From an uncultured virus (IMG/VR IMGVR_UViG_3300009164_000065) (taxonomy: Duplodnaviria; Heunggongvirae; Uroviricota; Caudoviricetes): a DNA stretch of 64,000 nt. The stretch lies in the IMG/VR virus record IMGVR_UViG_3300009164_000065; one strand, written 5' to 3'. Position 1 is the stretch's first letter, and every line of letters begins with the position of its first letter. Shown here in pieces: positions 20,430 to 29,864 of the stretch. Below the pieces are notes generated by a model, which did no database searches, was not told the DNA's origin, and worked only from the letters and a program-made list of their open reading frames with translations. The translations under genes were made by a program, and so were the position numbers.

Positions 20430-22655
20430 TTACCTTTTTTTACTTGTACCATCTGCATTCCAGCCACTTGCGTATTTTGAATCCCATACTTGCTGACCTT
20501 TCCAGTCCTTGGAATCTGTAGGACGAGGCGGAACATTATTACTTGGATTAGCTGGATAATCTTGGCTTGCCCTTGTGTTGCTTGCATTAGCACTAGGGAA
20601 CGGTCCAGCATTACTAGGGCCTTTGCCAGCACCAGTGCCACCACCAACAGCTTCTTTGTTGCCAGCAGGACCTGCTTTTTTACTCCACGGATTAGATAAT
20701 GCATCTCTAAAACATTCTAATTGTGATGTAAACTTACCTTTAACAAATTTATTAACAACTTTTTTAATTGCATAAATTCCAGTGACTGCATCTGCGTTTT
20801 TTAAAGCCATTAGATCAGTTGAAGTCCAGTCGACAGATGGAACTACTGCTTCAAACCAAATAAAAGGTAACCAGTTATGACTAGCAGTTTTTTTGCGTTT
20901 CTCGGCAAGTTGCTCCTCGGTCAGTTGTTCCTTTTCATATTCCCATACATCTTCCTCCCAGGGAGGAGTTCCTGGCTTTCCTGGAATTTGAAATAACCAA
21001 TATGGATCACCAACTGTTTCTAAATTTAAACTAAACATGTCACTGCCACCAGTGGCTTGATTATTGCCAATTTGTCTAAAAATGCTGTATTCTTGGGCAC
21101 TCTCTTGATATACAGAAGATTGCTGACTAGCTTGGTCAACAGTTGTGTTCATGTGGTAATATCTAGGCATGTGTGGCCACCAGCCTGGTTTTGCAGTAAT
21201 TCTACGTTCATCACCCTTTTTAAAAGGAATGTCTTCTGCATAATATTGAGTTTGACCGTCGCCTAACTTTTCAACTTGTCTTGCTTCATTGCAGTTTATG
21301 GCCTTAGATGTTGCTTTACCAGCTTGGCCTTTTTGTGCAGGTTTAGGAGTAGAGCTAGCGGCAATGGGATTACCATTTTCATCAATCCATAATGGTCTTA
21401 CATTACGCCATAGGTTATCAATTTTAATGTCTGCTGAGATTACTTCAGTGTTTTCTCCAGTGTAAATCCATTTATATACTTTTCGCAATAGTCCTTTTTT
21501 AATCCAATTGTCTACACGTTTATCTCTGTTTCCTTGATCTTGTGCATCTTTATATTCTTGCGGACTAATAATATTTTTAGCATCTTCCTTGGTTGTGATA
21601 AAGTAATGCACTTCATATGCTACACTACCAAGCTTGTTATCAAATATAACTTTGCCACCTTGTTCTTGTGCCTTAGAACCAGAGATGATACTGATATTTT
21701 TCATTGGCATATGAATGGTATCTGGTTTAGTATCAGTTGCGTTAAATTCTTTTCTCTCTGGAATACGATGTAGGAATTTTAACAATTCTTTACTGTTTGT
21801 CATTGACCCCAAGATAAAAGTTTGAATTGATGTGCCGGTGTTGACTTGAATTTCTCCCTTATACAATCCCCACAAATGAGCAAGGTTTGAAAAAAATCCA
21901 TAATCAAACTTAAAATTTGTTATGTCTTTGTGTGCAGAAATTTTATACTTGTGGGGATAGCAACGTAATCCACTATCAACTTTATCTTTTTCCCGCTTGT
22001 TTAATGCTTCTTGAAGTTGTGAACAAAAACTTCCAATTGAATCTGGATGACCTTCCATCCTAAACCCTTGTTCTAAATTTGTAAAATCTGAAAGTTTGGC
22101 ATTGCCTAAGTCTGGGTACATTTCAAAGTCGTATGTACTTCCTTGATAGTTAAGCGACATCTTTAATTGTAGTAACTTAACGTACCAACGGAATACTAAT
22201 TCTTCATCGTCCCAGCCTTTACATGTCACTGGCATATCACTATTATCATATCCGGTAAAGTATACTTCTAATAGATACACTGCGTCACTGTTGTTGGGAT
22301 AATCAAGTGCCATAGCAGATAAACTAATTGCTTCAATTAATCTTCCGCCAATTGGCTCAATTAACTTACCTTGAAATTTATGGAAATCTTGCATTGCATA
22401 ATTGGCAGTCTCATTGCCCGTTCCAACAGTTTCAATTGTTAGTTCTTCTAAGAAAACAGTACCAGTACCCCCGGTTTCCCAAACAGTAATACCCTTTTTA
22501 AAATCATAAGATCTTTCACGTCGTGACTTGGTTGATTCGCCAGACGGCATCATAGTTAACCTTGTATTGTAGGTTACATTTCTATAGTTTTGTAAAGGGT
22601 TATAATGAGTATCGGGCAAGCCGACATCGTTGTTGTACGTTGGTTTTTCTGCCAT
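20430..22655 (-). CDS. Putative baseplate hub protein (gp27-like)
   Basis: 741 aa between gp53-like and gp5-like genes; LETVGDPYWL and GIYAIKKVVNKFVKGKFTSQLE motifs resemble hub/late-control-D folds. Confidence 0.55.
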   Translation of the reverse strand: MAEKPTYNNDVGLPDTHYNPLQNYRNVTYNTRLTMMPSGESTKSRRERSYDFKKGITVWETGGTGTVFLEELTIETVGTGNETANYAMQDFHKFQGKLIEPIGGRLIEAISLSAMALDYPNNSDAVYLLEVYFTGYDNSDMPVTCKGWDDEELVFRWYVKLLQLKMSLNYQGSTYDFEMYPDLGNAKLSDFTNLEQGFRMEGHPDSIGSFCSQLQEALNKREKDKVDSGLRCYPHKYKISAHKDITNFKFDYGFFSNLAHLWGLYKGEIQVNTGTSIQTFILGSMTNSKELLKFLHRIPERKEFNATDTKPDTIHMPMKNISIISGSKAQEQGGKVIFDNKLGSVAYEVHYFITTKEDAKNIISPQEYKDAQDQGNRDKRVDNWIKKGLLRKVYKWIYTGENTEVISADIKIDNLWRNVRPLWIDENGNPIAASSTPKPAQKGQAGKATSKAINCNEARQVEKLGDGQTQYYAEDIPFKKGDERRITAKPGWWPHMPRYYHMNTTVDQASQQSSVYQESAQEYSIFRQIGNNQATGGSDMFSLNLETVGDPYWLFQIPGKPGTPPWEEDVWEYEKEQLTEEQLAEKRKKTASHNWLPFIWFEAVVPSVDWTSTDLMALKNADAVTGIYAIKKVVNKFVKGKFTSQLECFRDALSNPWSKKAGPAGNKEAVGGGTGAGKGPSNAGPFPSANASNTRASQDYPANPSNNVPPRPTDSKDWKGQQVWDSKYASGWNADGTSKKR

Positions 22656-22954
22656 TAAATGACTCCGCTGATATCAGTGCGAGAAAGTACACGAAGGACC
22701 ATGCCTGCTTCTAAATCTCTAATAGGATCTTGTAACTGATTTCTGTTTAATAAAACAATAACCCACCAATAATTACTGTTGCCATAAAGATCATAACTTA
22801 GCAAGTCTGGCCTATGCTGATGCTTTGGTGTAACAGTATATAACTCAGGTGATTTATTTCTAAGTAGTTCTCTGACTTCAGGGAAGTTTGCAATATCTAA
22901 ATAGAAGTCAGTGATAGGTGTAAATGAATATTGATTTTTTCCAGTTGTTGCCAT
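22655..22954 (-). CDS. gp53: Baseplate wedge protein gp53-like (LysM-like)
   Basis: HRPDLLSYDLYGNSNYWWVIVLLN...DP motif. Confidence 0.85.
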   Translation of the reverse strand: MATTGKNQYSFTPITDFYLDIANFPEVRELLRNKSPELYTVTPKHQHRPDLLSYDLYGNSNYWWVIVLLNRNQLQDPIRDLEAGMVLRVLSRTDISGVI

Positions 22955-23505
22955 TAGATATACCCATCCCCTAATAAATCACCTTTAAGGAACTTGTCTA
23001 GGGTGTAATTTTTTACCGTGTCAACTAAGTTGACTTGCACAATTAATGATACTGACATTTCAAATAGAACAGGAACAGCTTGTTCTCCATCAAACAATGA
23101 TGCTGTGATATAGTCAACATCGTTTGGATAATCATATTGAAAAGTTTTGACAACTACAGGAGTATTATTATATAAACCGTGTGCATTCAATCTACCAATG
23201 GGTGGTGGTGTACCCTTCTTTGAATCTTCACGACCATAATACATGCTGGTAGCAGATCTAAGTATATGGATTGCCTGTAATGTTCTTGTTGCTTCTGCTG
23301 TATCTCTGCTGAACCACTGGCCAGAAATATTAATTGTTGGAGTTGCTCGACTACCAAATGCACTAGGCTGATAATTGGTATGTTGCAATTCCCAGGTACT
23401 GTAGTTGACCTCAATGCTTTGCCCAATGCGAGGAGTACTTGGCCACTGAATTGTGCTACCAAGAGCTTTGAACTCAATTGTAACAGGCGAAGATAAATTT
23501 GCCAC
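22954..23505 (-). CDS. Putative tail-tube initiator / baseplate tube-fold protein
   Basis: GTG start; PPP...RL...G.Y...PVVVK.F..DYP.DVDY pattern as in contractile-tail tube-initiator proteins; synteny with gp53. Confidence 0.55.
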   Translation of the reverse strand: MANLSSPVTIEFKALGSTIQWPSTPRIGQSIEVNYSTWELQHTNYQPSAFGSRATPTINISGQWFSRDTAEATRTLQAIHILRSATSMYYGREDSKKGTPPPIGRLNAHGLYNNTPVVVKTFQYDYPNDVDYITASLFDGEQAVPVLFEMSVSLIVQVNLVDTVKNYTLDKFLKGDLLGDGYI

Positions 23506-23506
23506 G

Positions 23507-24163
23507 TTATGCTCCTAACTTGGCATCAAAAATGCGTTTAAGTTGTTTATAAAACTCTTGACCATTTGGATAAAGTTCTTCTATGATTTTTAATCGGTCT
23601 TCATCAGATGATTCAGTGTACATTGATCTGATCGCGCTGGCGCTGTTTACTGTTTTTCCCAGAATAGGAAACTTTACATCAGCAACAGGAATAACATACC
23701 CATGACCTGCTCGAGTGCCATCTGTGTTCTTTTTGTCTGAAAATGGCATTAACTTGCGTTCGTTGCCTTTGTATGATTGAAAGTAACTAGGAGTCCCATC
23801 TTTGAGAGGTGCAAATCCAAATCTTGGATCTTCGGCCATGTCTTTTTGTCCAACACCAAATACTAATACATCCTTGCTTGGATCAAGTCCTAGTTTACCT
23901 GGTAAAATCCTTGGAGAATATGGAACTGTTTCTTCAATGACATGATCAGCTGGTACGCCTGCTGCCTGCATCATAGTTAGCTTTTCACTAAAATCAAATG
24001 GGCTTGTTCCTGGTACAACCTTGCCGCTGGTGGTAATATAAGTATTTGCAATGCCAAACTTTGAGGCAAGCTCGCGAAACACTTCCGCATGTCCACGATG
24101 AAACGGGTGGAAGCGGCCAGCATATACTGCAATAATACGAGGGGCTATATCAGTAATTTTCAT
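23507..24163 (-). CDS. Cytidylyltransferase-like (HxGH nucleotidyltransferase superfamily) protein
   Basis: YAGRFHPFHRGH (HxGH), SPF.FSEK, and C-terminal SASAIR motif; GGAG RBS. Confidence 0.8.
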   Translation of the reverse strand: MKITDIAPRIIAVYAGRFHPFHRGHAEVFRELASKFGIANTYITTSGKVVPGTSPFDFSEKLTMMQAAGVPADHVIEETVPYSPRILPGKLGLDPSKDVLVFGVGQKDMAEDPRFGFAPLKDGTPSYFQSYKGNERKLMPFSDKKNTDGTRAGHGYVIPVADVKFPILGKTVNSASAIRSMYTESSDEDRLKIIEELYPNGQEFYKQLKRIFDAKLGA

Positions 24164-24180
24164 GGTAAATTCTCCACTTG

Positions 24181-24186
24181 TATTTA
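24181..24186 (-). promoter_or_regulatory. Putative late promoter TAAATA for the baseplate operon
   Basis: GGTAAATA upstream of GGAG RBS of first gene of the minus-strand block. Confidence 0.6.
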
Positions 24187-24215
24187 CCGTTTGTGTTATA
24201 TACCTACTTTACCTA

Positions 24216-24244
24216 TTGACAACCTTAAACTAATGTGCTATACT
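24216..24244 (+). promoter_or_regulatory. Sigma70-type early/middle promoter
   Basis: TTGACA (24216-21), 17-nt spacer, TG-n-TATACT (24239-44). Confidence 0.85.
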
Positions 24245-24264
24245 AATAGCAAGGAGCATACACT

Positions 24265-25227
24265 GTGGAAGAAAAAACAAAAACAATTTATCTTAAAAAC
24301 AAAGATATCTTAGCAGAGATTCATCGTAGTAAAATGAACTATTGCTGGATGGAAAGTAAAGAATTTCAGCAATATGATTATATCACTTCCGATTTAAAAA
24401 CAGTTCATAACAGAAAAACTAAATTATGTCCCGAAGGTGCAATTAATCTAGCACGAGAAGCACGGGCCACCAGGTTGAGTCAGCAAGCACATCAGGCCGC
24501 ATTGGCATTATGGGAAGGTAAGGCAAGTAACAAACCCAAGGCTGACGAGTTTGCAATTGATCCTAAAACTATTCCAACATCTGATTTAGTAATTAGGGTA
24601 ATGACCTGGGACCATATTCCATTGGAACCTGGACGTAAAAATAATCCTAAGAGTTTGGCTGATCATCGATCCAAAGTAAACTTTCCTCCATTTAAGCATT
24701 TTGTACTTAATGCAGATGGATCTTGGCGTGAAGTATTACGTAGTCATTGGCAGGGTGACTTGGAAACTGGCGAGTTCTCTGTTGACCATGGTCGTATTAC
24801 CAATCGTTTGGGTGCCATGTTTTTGAAATTATGCGAGCGTTATAGTTTACGTAGTAATTGGCGTGGCTACAGTTATGTAGATGAGATGCGAGGCCAGGCT
24901 CTTATTCAACTTACACAAATTGCACTTCAATTTGACGAAGGCAAAAGTCAAAACCCATTTGCGTATTATACCGCCGCAGTTACAAACTCATTTACTCGAG
25001 TGCTTAATGTAGAAAAACGCCAGCGTGATATTCGAGACGACATACTGCAAGACAGTGGTCAAATGCCATCATGGACTCGACAAATGGACCATCAGCAGGC
25101 GCATCTGGCAGAAGTTGAACGACTTAATGCACTCAAAGACGCAGAGAAAGCGGCTGCCTTATTAACTGACGATGTATCAGATATCTTAGAAGAAGGGGAA
25201 AGTATAGATGTCCAATCAATTCCGTGA
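24265..25227 (+). CDS. gp55: Late-transcription sigma factor, T4 gp55-like (enlarged)
   Basis: YLKNKDIL N-terminus; NWRGYSYVDEM...FDEGKSQNPFAYYT...NSF.R.L..EK.Q; AAGGAG RBS, GTG start; upstream of gp47/gp46 as in T4-like phages. Confidence 0.85.
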   Translation: MEEKTKTIYLKNKDILAEIHRSKMNYCWMESKEFQQYDYITSDLKTVHNRKTKLCPEGAINLAREARATRLSQQAHQAALALWEGKASNKPKADEFAIDPKTIPTSDLVIRVMTWDHIPLEPGRKNNPKSLADHRSKVNFPPFKHFVLNADGSWREVLRSHWQGDLETGEFSVDHGRITNRLGAMFLKLCERYSLRSNWRGYSYVDEMRGQALIQLTQIALQFDEGKSQNPFAYYTAAVTNSFTRVLNVEKRQRDIRDDILQDSGQMPSWTRQMDHQQAHLAEVERLNALKDAEKAAALLTDDVSDILEEGESIDVQSIP

Positions 25228-25579
25228 TCAAGAAAAATTTATGAGGGCCTGCGATCAAACTGTTGGGACCCTTAACGAAGAGCAGTACAAGCTTTATCTA
25301 AAGCTAATGAGAGAAGAATTTGAAGAGCATAATGTTGCGTATGCAAATCGCAATGCCGTTGAGGAATTAGATGCTTTAATTGATATTCTTGTTGTTACCA
25401 TTGGTGCAATCCATAGTATGGGTGCCGATGCAGAAGGCGCATGGAAAGAAGTCATGAGCACTAACTTTGCTAAGATTGACAAAGAAACTGGCAAGGTCCG
25501 TAAACGTGAAGATGGTAAGGTTCTTAAACCTGTGGGTTGGAAATCCCCCGAACTTGCACAGTTTTTAACAAAGAAATAA
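25208..25579 (+). CDS. MazG-like / PRA-PH-like NTP pyrophosphohydrolase
   Basis: LMREEFEE...EELDALIDILVV...EVMSTNFAK...REDGKVLKP motif. Confidence 0.8.
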   Translation: MSNQFRDQEKFMRACDQTVGTLNEEQYKLYLKLMREEFEEHNVAYANRNAVEELDALIDILVVTIGAIHSMGADAEGAWKEVMSTNFAKIDKETGKVRKREDGKVLKPVGWKSPELAQFLTKK

Positions 25580-25584
25580 TCATA

Positions 25585-26262
25585 GTGTCTTATTGTTTAA
25601 GACCCATGCTAGTAGAGGAATTGCAACAATTGGTCGGGCATTCCTTTATTAGCATGTTTCAGTTAGAGATGGATGCATATCTTCAACCATACAGAAAGAA
25701 TGTTATTAAAGGCAGGCCTCTTAGTATGGGCAAAGAGTTATGGGAATATGCCGTAGCAGATAGTATCGTCGATGCAGAATGGTGCGGTGCTGGTAAAGGA
25801 ATTGCCGATGTTAGTCTTGGCGCAGATATTAAATGCGACGTTAAGAGTGTACAAATTATAAGCAAAACTACAACCGAAGCAAGTATGTATCAACCATTGG
25901 CATTACAAGAAGGTGCTTCAATTGACTTTACCAATAAAAATAAACAAGCATTATGGAATCTATTTGTAGGTGGTTGGTTAAAAAAGGTATCTGAAATCAA
26001 TGACTATTACATGTTAACTATTTTTCGAGATCATAAGCTCAATTGCTCATTGGCCGGATTTAAGGTAGATAACAGATCCATAAACTTTTTAGACAGCGAC
26101 TGTAATTTTACAAAAAAGTCCATGAAAATTTCTTCAATCATTGATCCTGCATTTGCCAACATCAAAGCATATTTAGGTAAAACCAGATTGGAAATTAGAA
26201 TCACAGACGCAATTTTTAATAATCCTGCGTATACCATGAACATATACAAATATGAAGCATAA
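25585..26262 (+). CDS. Putative PD-(D/E)xK restriction-endonuclease-like protein
   Basis: KELWE...GAGKGIADV......DVKS arrangement matches E...D...(D/E)xK catalytic spacing; start (GTG 25585 or ATG 25606) uncertain. Confidence 0.5.
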   Translation: MSYCLRPMLVEELQQLVGHSFISMFQLEMDAYLQPYRKNVIKGRPLSMGKELWEYAVADSIVDAEWCGAGKGIADVSLGADIKCDVKSVQIISKTTTEASMYQPLALQEGASIDFTNKNKQALWNLFVGGWLKKVSEINDYYMLTIFRDHKLNCSLAGFKVDNRSINFLDSDCNFTKKSMKISSIIDPAFANIKAYLGKTRLEIRITDAIFNNPAYTMNIYKYEA

Positions 26263-26297
26263 CGGCAAAATATACTGTATACATATACTAACGGAGA

Positions 26298-26306
26298 TGT
26301 TATAAT
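26298..26306 (+). promoter_or_regulatory. Extended -10 promoter (TG-n-TATAAT) directly before gp47-like ATG
   Basis: TGTTATAAT then 6 nt then ATG at 26313. Confidence 0.6.
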
Positions 26307-26312
26307 ACACCT

Positions 26313-27335
26313 ATGACCCAATCTTTTAAAAAAGCTGTCTGCTTTACAGACATACATTTTGGCCTACGAAATAATAGTCGTAGTCACAATGACGATTGTG
26401 AAAACTTCATTAAATGGATGACACAAGAAGCCAAGAAGGAAGGTGCTGAAACTTGCATCTTCCTTGGAGATTGGCATAATAATCGTGCAAACATTAATGT
26501 AAGCACTCTAAACTATACAACATCTAACATCAAATATCTCTCAGAGAACTTTGAAAAGGTGTATATTATTATGGGTAATCACGATTTGGCCTATAGAGAA
26601 AAGCGAGAAATTAACTCACTTCCTTTTGGTGATTATTTGAATAATGTTGTACTAGTCAATGATGTGTTAACTGTTGGCGACATGACTATTGTTCCTTGGC
26701 TAGTTGGTGACGAATGGGAGACAATGAAAAAGCTCAAGAGCCGTTATGTGTTTGGACACTTTGAACTGCCTCACTTTAAAATGAACGCCATGGTAGAGAT
26801 GCCGGATCATGGAGGTTTAAACGAAGGACATTTTCCTAACCAAGAACTTGTGTTCTCTGGACATTTTCATAAGCGTCAACAACGAGGTAATGTAGTATAC
26901 ATGGGAAATTGTTTCCCGCACAACTATGCTGATGCATGGGATGACGAACGTGGATGTATGTTTTTAGAGTATGGCGGTCAGCCTGACTTTAGAATATGGC
27001 CGGCTGCACCAAAATTTAAAACTTTGACATTGACTCAGGCAATTGACCGTCATGAAGAACTGTTTGATAGTCAAACATTTGCTCGTGTTACCATTGACGT
27101 TGATATTAGTTACGAAGAGGCAAGCTATATCAAAGAACAATGGGTAACTACCTATAACATGCGCGAGCTTAGTTTAATTCCTGGTAAAACTGAGGAACAT
27201 GCAACTGAGTGGGAAGGTGGAGAAATTCTCTTTGAAAGCGTAGATGCTATTGTACTAAATCAGATTCAAGCAATTGATAGCGATGTCATTGACAAACAAA
27301 TTTTAACCAGCATATATCAAGGGCTCACACATTGA
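26313..27335 (+). CDS. gp47: Recombination endonuclease subunit, gp47/SbcD/Mre11-like
   Basis: Metallophosphoesterase motifs DIHFG, LGDW, GNHD, GHFE, SGHFH. Confidence 0.92.
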   Translation: MTQSFKKAVCFTDIHFGLRNNSRSHNDDCENFIKWMTQEAKKEGAETCIFLGDWHNNRANINVSTLNYTTSNIKYLSENFEKVYIIMGNHDLAYREKREINSLPFGDYLNNVVLVNDVLTVGDMTIVPWLVGDEWETMKKLKSRYVFGHFELPHFKMNAMVEMPDHGGLNEGHFPNQELVFSGHFHKRQQRGNVVYMGNCFPHNYADAWDDERGCMFLEYGGQPDFRIWPAAPKFKTLTLTQAIDRHEELFDSQTFARVTIDVDISYEEASYIKEQWVTTYNMRELSLIPGKTEEHATEWEGGEILFESVDAIVLNQIQAIDSDVIDKQILTSIYQGLTH

Positions 27336-29110
27336 TCACTTTTAAAAATTTAACAATCAAGAATTTTATGAGCGTGGGTAATGTTACTCAGGCTCTTCGC
27401 ATGGATCAACATAGTTTGACTCTGGTGCTTGGTAATAATCTTGATTTGGGTGGCGATGGTGCCCGTAATGGCGTTGGTAAAACTACCATGGTCAATGCAC
27501 TAAGCTATGCATTGTTTGGCGGCGCATTGACTAACATTCGTAAAGAAAATCTCATCAATAAGACCAATGGAAAAAATATGTTGGTCACTGTTGAGTTTGA
27601 AAAGAATGGCAACAAGTATATTATTGAACGTGGACGTAAACCAAACTTATTAAGATTTATTGTTGACGACCACGAAGTTAACGAAGCAGGCACAGATGAA
27701 GGTGCTGGTGAAAATCGTGTTACTCAGGAAGCGATTGATCATGTGGTTGGTATGAGTGCTGACATGTTCAAGCACATTGTTGCTCTTAACACATATACAC
27801 AGCCGTTCTTAAGTTTACGTGCAAATGAGCAACGTGACATTATTGAAGAATTGCTCGGTATCACATTATTAAGTGAAAAAGCTGACATCCTTAAAGAACA
27901 AATTAAAAACAGTAAGGAAATGATACGAGATGAGGAGTCACGTGTTAAAGCCTTACAAGAAAGTAATCAACGAGTACAGACCAGCATTGATGATCTTGAA
28001 AGACGTTCGGGTGTATGGGCTCGAAAAAAGTCTGACGATATTAGAAATTTCAAAGCAGCCATCAACGAACTAGAAGGCACAGACATTGATGCAGAGCTTG
28101 ATGCACATCGAGCATTGGTAACATTTAAAGAAAATGAAAGTCGCCTAAAGTTAGCCAATAAAGAACTTGCAAATCGTCAAAGCAATGTTAAAAAGTTAGA
28201 AGATGCACTTGCCGTAGTTTGTAAAAATTTAGAAGATATTAAAGAGCATCGTTGCCCTAGCTGTGGACAAGGTGTGCATGATGTACAGCACGATCAAATG
28301 ACTGCATCAGCACAAGAATCAGTTTCTATAACTGAAAAGGCTCTTCGAGATGAACATGAGTTGCTGGCTCAAGCAATTTATATGGCACAAAGTATTGGCC
28401 AACTCGGAAACAGGCCAACTACAAAATATATCAGTGTTGAGGATGCTGCCGCTCATAAAAATAATTTAGAAAATATCAAGAAACAACTTGAAATCAAGAA
28501 TCAAGAAGATGATCCTTATCAAGAACAAATTGAAGCAATGCGTAACACTGCCCTTGCTGTGGTCAGCTGGGATGAGATTAATCGTGTAAGTAAACTTCTA
28601 GAACATCAAGAATTCCTGCTAAAACTGCTAACTAGTAAGGATTCGTTTGTTCGAAAACGTATTATTGAACAAAATCTGGCATACTTAAATCACAGATTGG
28701 GTCAATATTTAGATAGGTTACAATTGCCGCACCAAGTAATTTTTAAAAGCGATTTAGAAGTGGATATTAGTCAACTTGGGCAAAGCTTTGATTTTGATAA
28801 TCTGAGCCGCGGCGAAAGAAATAGGTTAATTCTAGCACTAAGCTGGAGTTTCCGAGATGTGTATGAAAGCTTTACAGAGCCAATGAATCTTATGTTCATT
28901 GACGAGCTAGTTGATTCTGGGATGGATAGTGTAGGCATTGAAAACTCAATGTCTGTACTAAAATCCATGGGAAGAGAGATGAATCGCAATATTTTCCTTA
29001 TTTCGCATAGGGATGAACTGGCAAGTAGGGTAAATAATGTACTCATGGTAGTCAAACAGAACGGATTTACCATGCTGGACACCGATACACAGGTGAATGA
29101 AATTACATAA
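27332..29110 (+). CDS. gp46: Recombination ATPase subunit, gp46/SbcC/Rad50-like
   Basis: KNFMSVGN, Walker A NGVGKTT, CPSC zinc hook, LSRGE signature, Walker B FIDE, ISH. Confidence 0.93.
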   Translation: MITFKNLTIKNFMSVGNVTQALRMDQHSLTLVLGNNLDLGGDGARNGVGKTTMVNALSYALFGGALTNIRKENLINKTNGKNMLVTVEFEKNGNKYIIERGRKPNLLRFIVDDHEVNEAGTDEGAGENRVTQEAIDHVVGMSADMFKHIVALNTYTQPFLSLRANEQRDIIEELLGITLLSEKADILKEQIKNSKEMIRDEESRVKALQESNQRVQTSIDDLERRSGVWARKKSDDIRNFKAAINELEGTDIDAELDAHRALVTFKENESRLKLANKELANRQSNVKKLEDALAVVCKNLEDIKEHRCPSCGQGVHDVQHDQMTASAQESVSITEKALRDEHELLAQAIYMAQSIGQLGNRPTTKYISVEDAAAHKNNLENIKKQLEIKNQEDDPYQEQIEAMRNTALAVVSWDEINRVSKLLEHQEFLLKLLTSKDSFVRKRIIEQNLAYLNHRLGQYLDRLQLPHQVIFKSDLEVDISQLGQSFDFDNLSRGERNRLILALSWSFRDVYESFTEPMNLMFIDELVDSGMDSVGIENSMSVLKSMGREMNRNIFLISHRDELASRVNNVLMVVKQNGFTMLDTDTQVNEIT

Positions 29111-29122
29111 AGGAAAATTAAT

Positions 29123-29362
29123 ATGTCTACTCCAACTCATGCCGCACTTGTTGCTCTATTAGATACATACAAGGCAGAAAGCGAAAAGTTTAACAATGGT
29201 GCTGTCAAGGCCGCTGGAAGCCGTGCAAAACGTGCTCTACGCGACATTACAAAAATGGCTAAGGTTCGTAAGGATGAAATCCACACGATCACTAATCCAG
29301 AAGGTTCCGCTCGTCAAGCTGAGAAAAAGGCTGCTCGCGTTGCCGCTAAGATTGCCAAATAA
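29123..29362 (+). CDS. Small basic histone-H1-like (Hc1-like) DNA-binding protein
   Basis: EKF..G.VKAAGSRA..AL..I.K.AK..K.EI pattern, Lys/Ala/Arg-rich; AAGGA RBS. Confidence 0.65.
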   Translation: MSTPTHAALVALLDTYKAESEKFNNGAVKAAGSRAKRALRDITKMAKVRKDEIHTITNPEGSARQAEKKAARVAAKIAK

Positions 29363-29377
29363 TCATTAACTTAGTTA

Positions 29378-29806
29378 ATGACTTGGTCATATCAAGGCAC
29401 TGAAGTTATGGACTTACCCGACGACACCGTCGGGTTTGTCTACTTAATAACAAACACAGTTGACGGAAGAAAGTATGTAGGTAAAAAGTTAGCTAAGTTT
29501 GCTAAAACCTCCTACAAGGTAGTAAAGCTTAAAAATGGTACCAAGAAGAAGAAAAAGATTCGTAGCAAAATTGATTCTGATTGGCGAGAGTATTATGGCT
29601 CAAACGATCACTTAAACAAAGATGTAGTAACCTTAGGCAAAGAAAAATTTACACGCGAAATATTACATTACTGCAATTCAAAAGCAGTGTGTTCGTATAT
29701 TGAAGCTCGAGAACAATTTGAAAGAAAAGTTTTAGAGTCAACTGATTATTATAACGGTCAAATTTCGGTTCGCGTACATGGCTCACATATCATAAACAAA
29801 CTATAA
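29378..29806 (+). CDS. Minimal GIY-YIG-family endonuclease
   Basis: GFVYLITN..DGRKYVGKK, YYGS, FTREIL, E...Q, YYN motifs; 142 aa with a poly-Lys insert, no separate DNA-binding domain. Confidence 0.8.
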   Translation: MTWSYQGTEVMDLPDDTVGFVYLITNTVDGRKYVGKKLAKFAKTSYKVVKLKNGTKKKKKIRSKIDSDWREYYGSNDHLNKDVVTLGKEKFTREILHYCNSKAVCSYIEAREQFERKVLESTDYYNGQISVRVHGSHIINKL

Positions 29807-29864
29807 CACCGGCTCCTTTAGTTCCCATAGCGTCAATCGCACACTAACACAATACTCCATCTCT

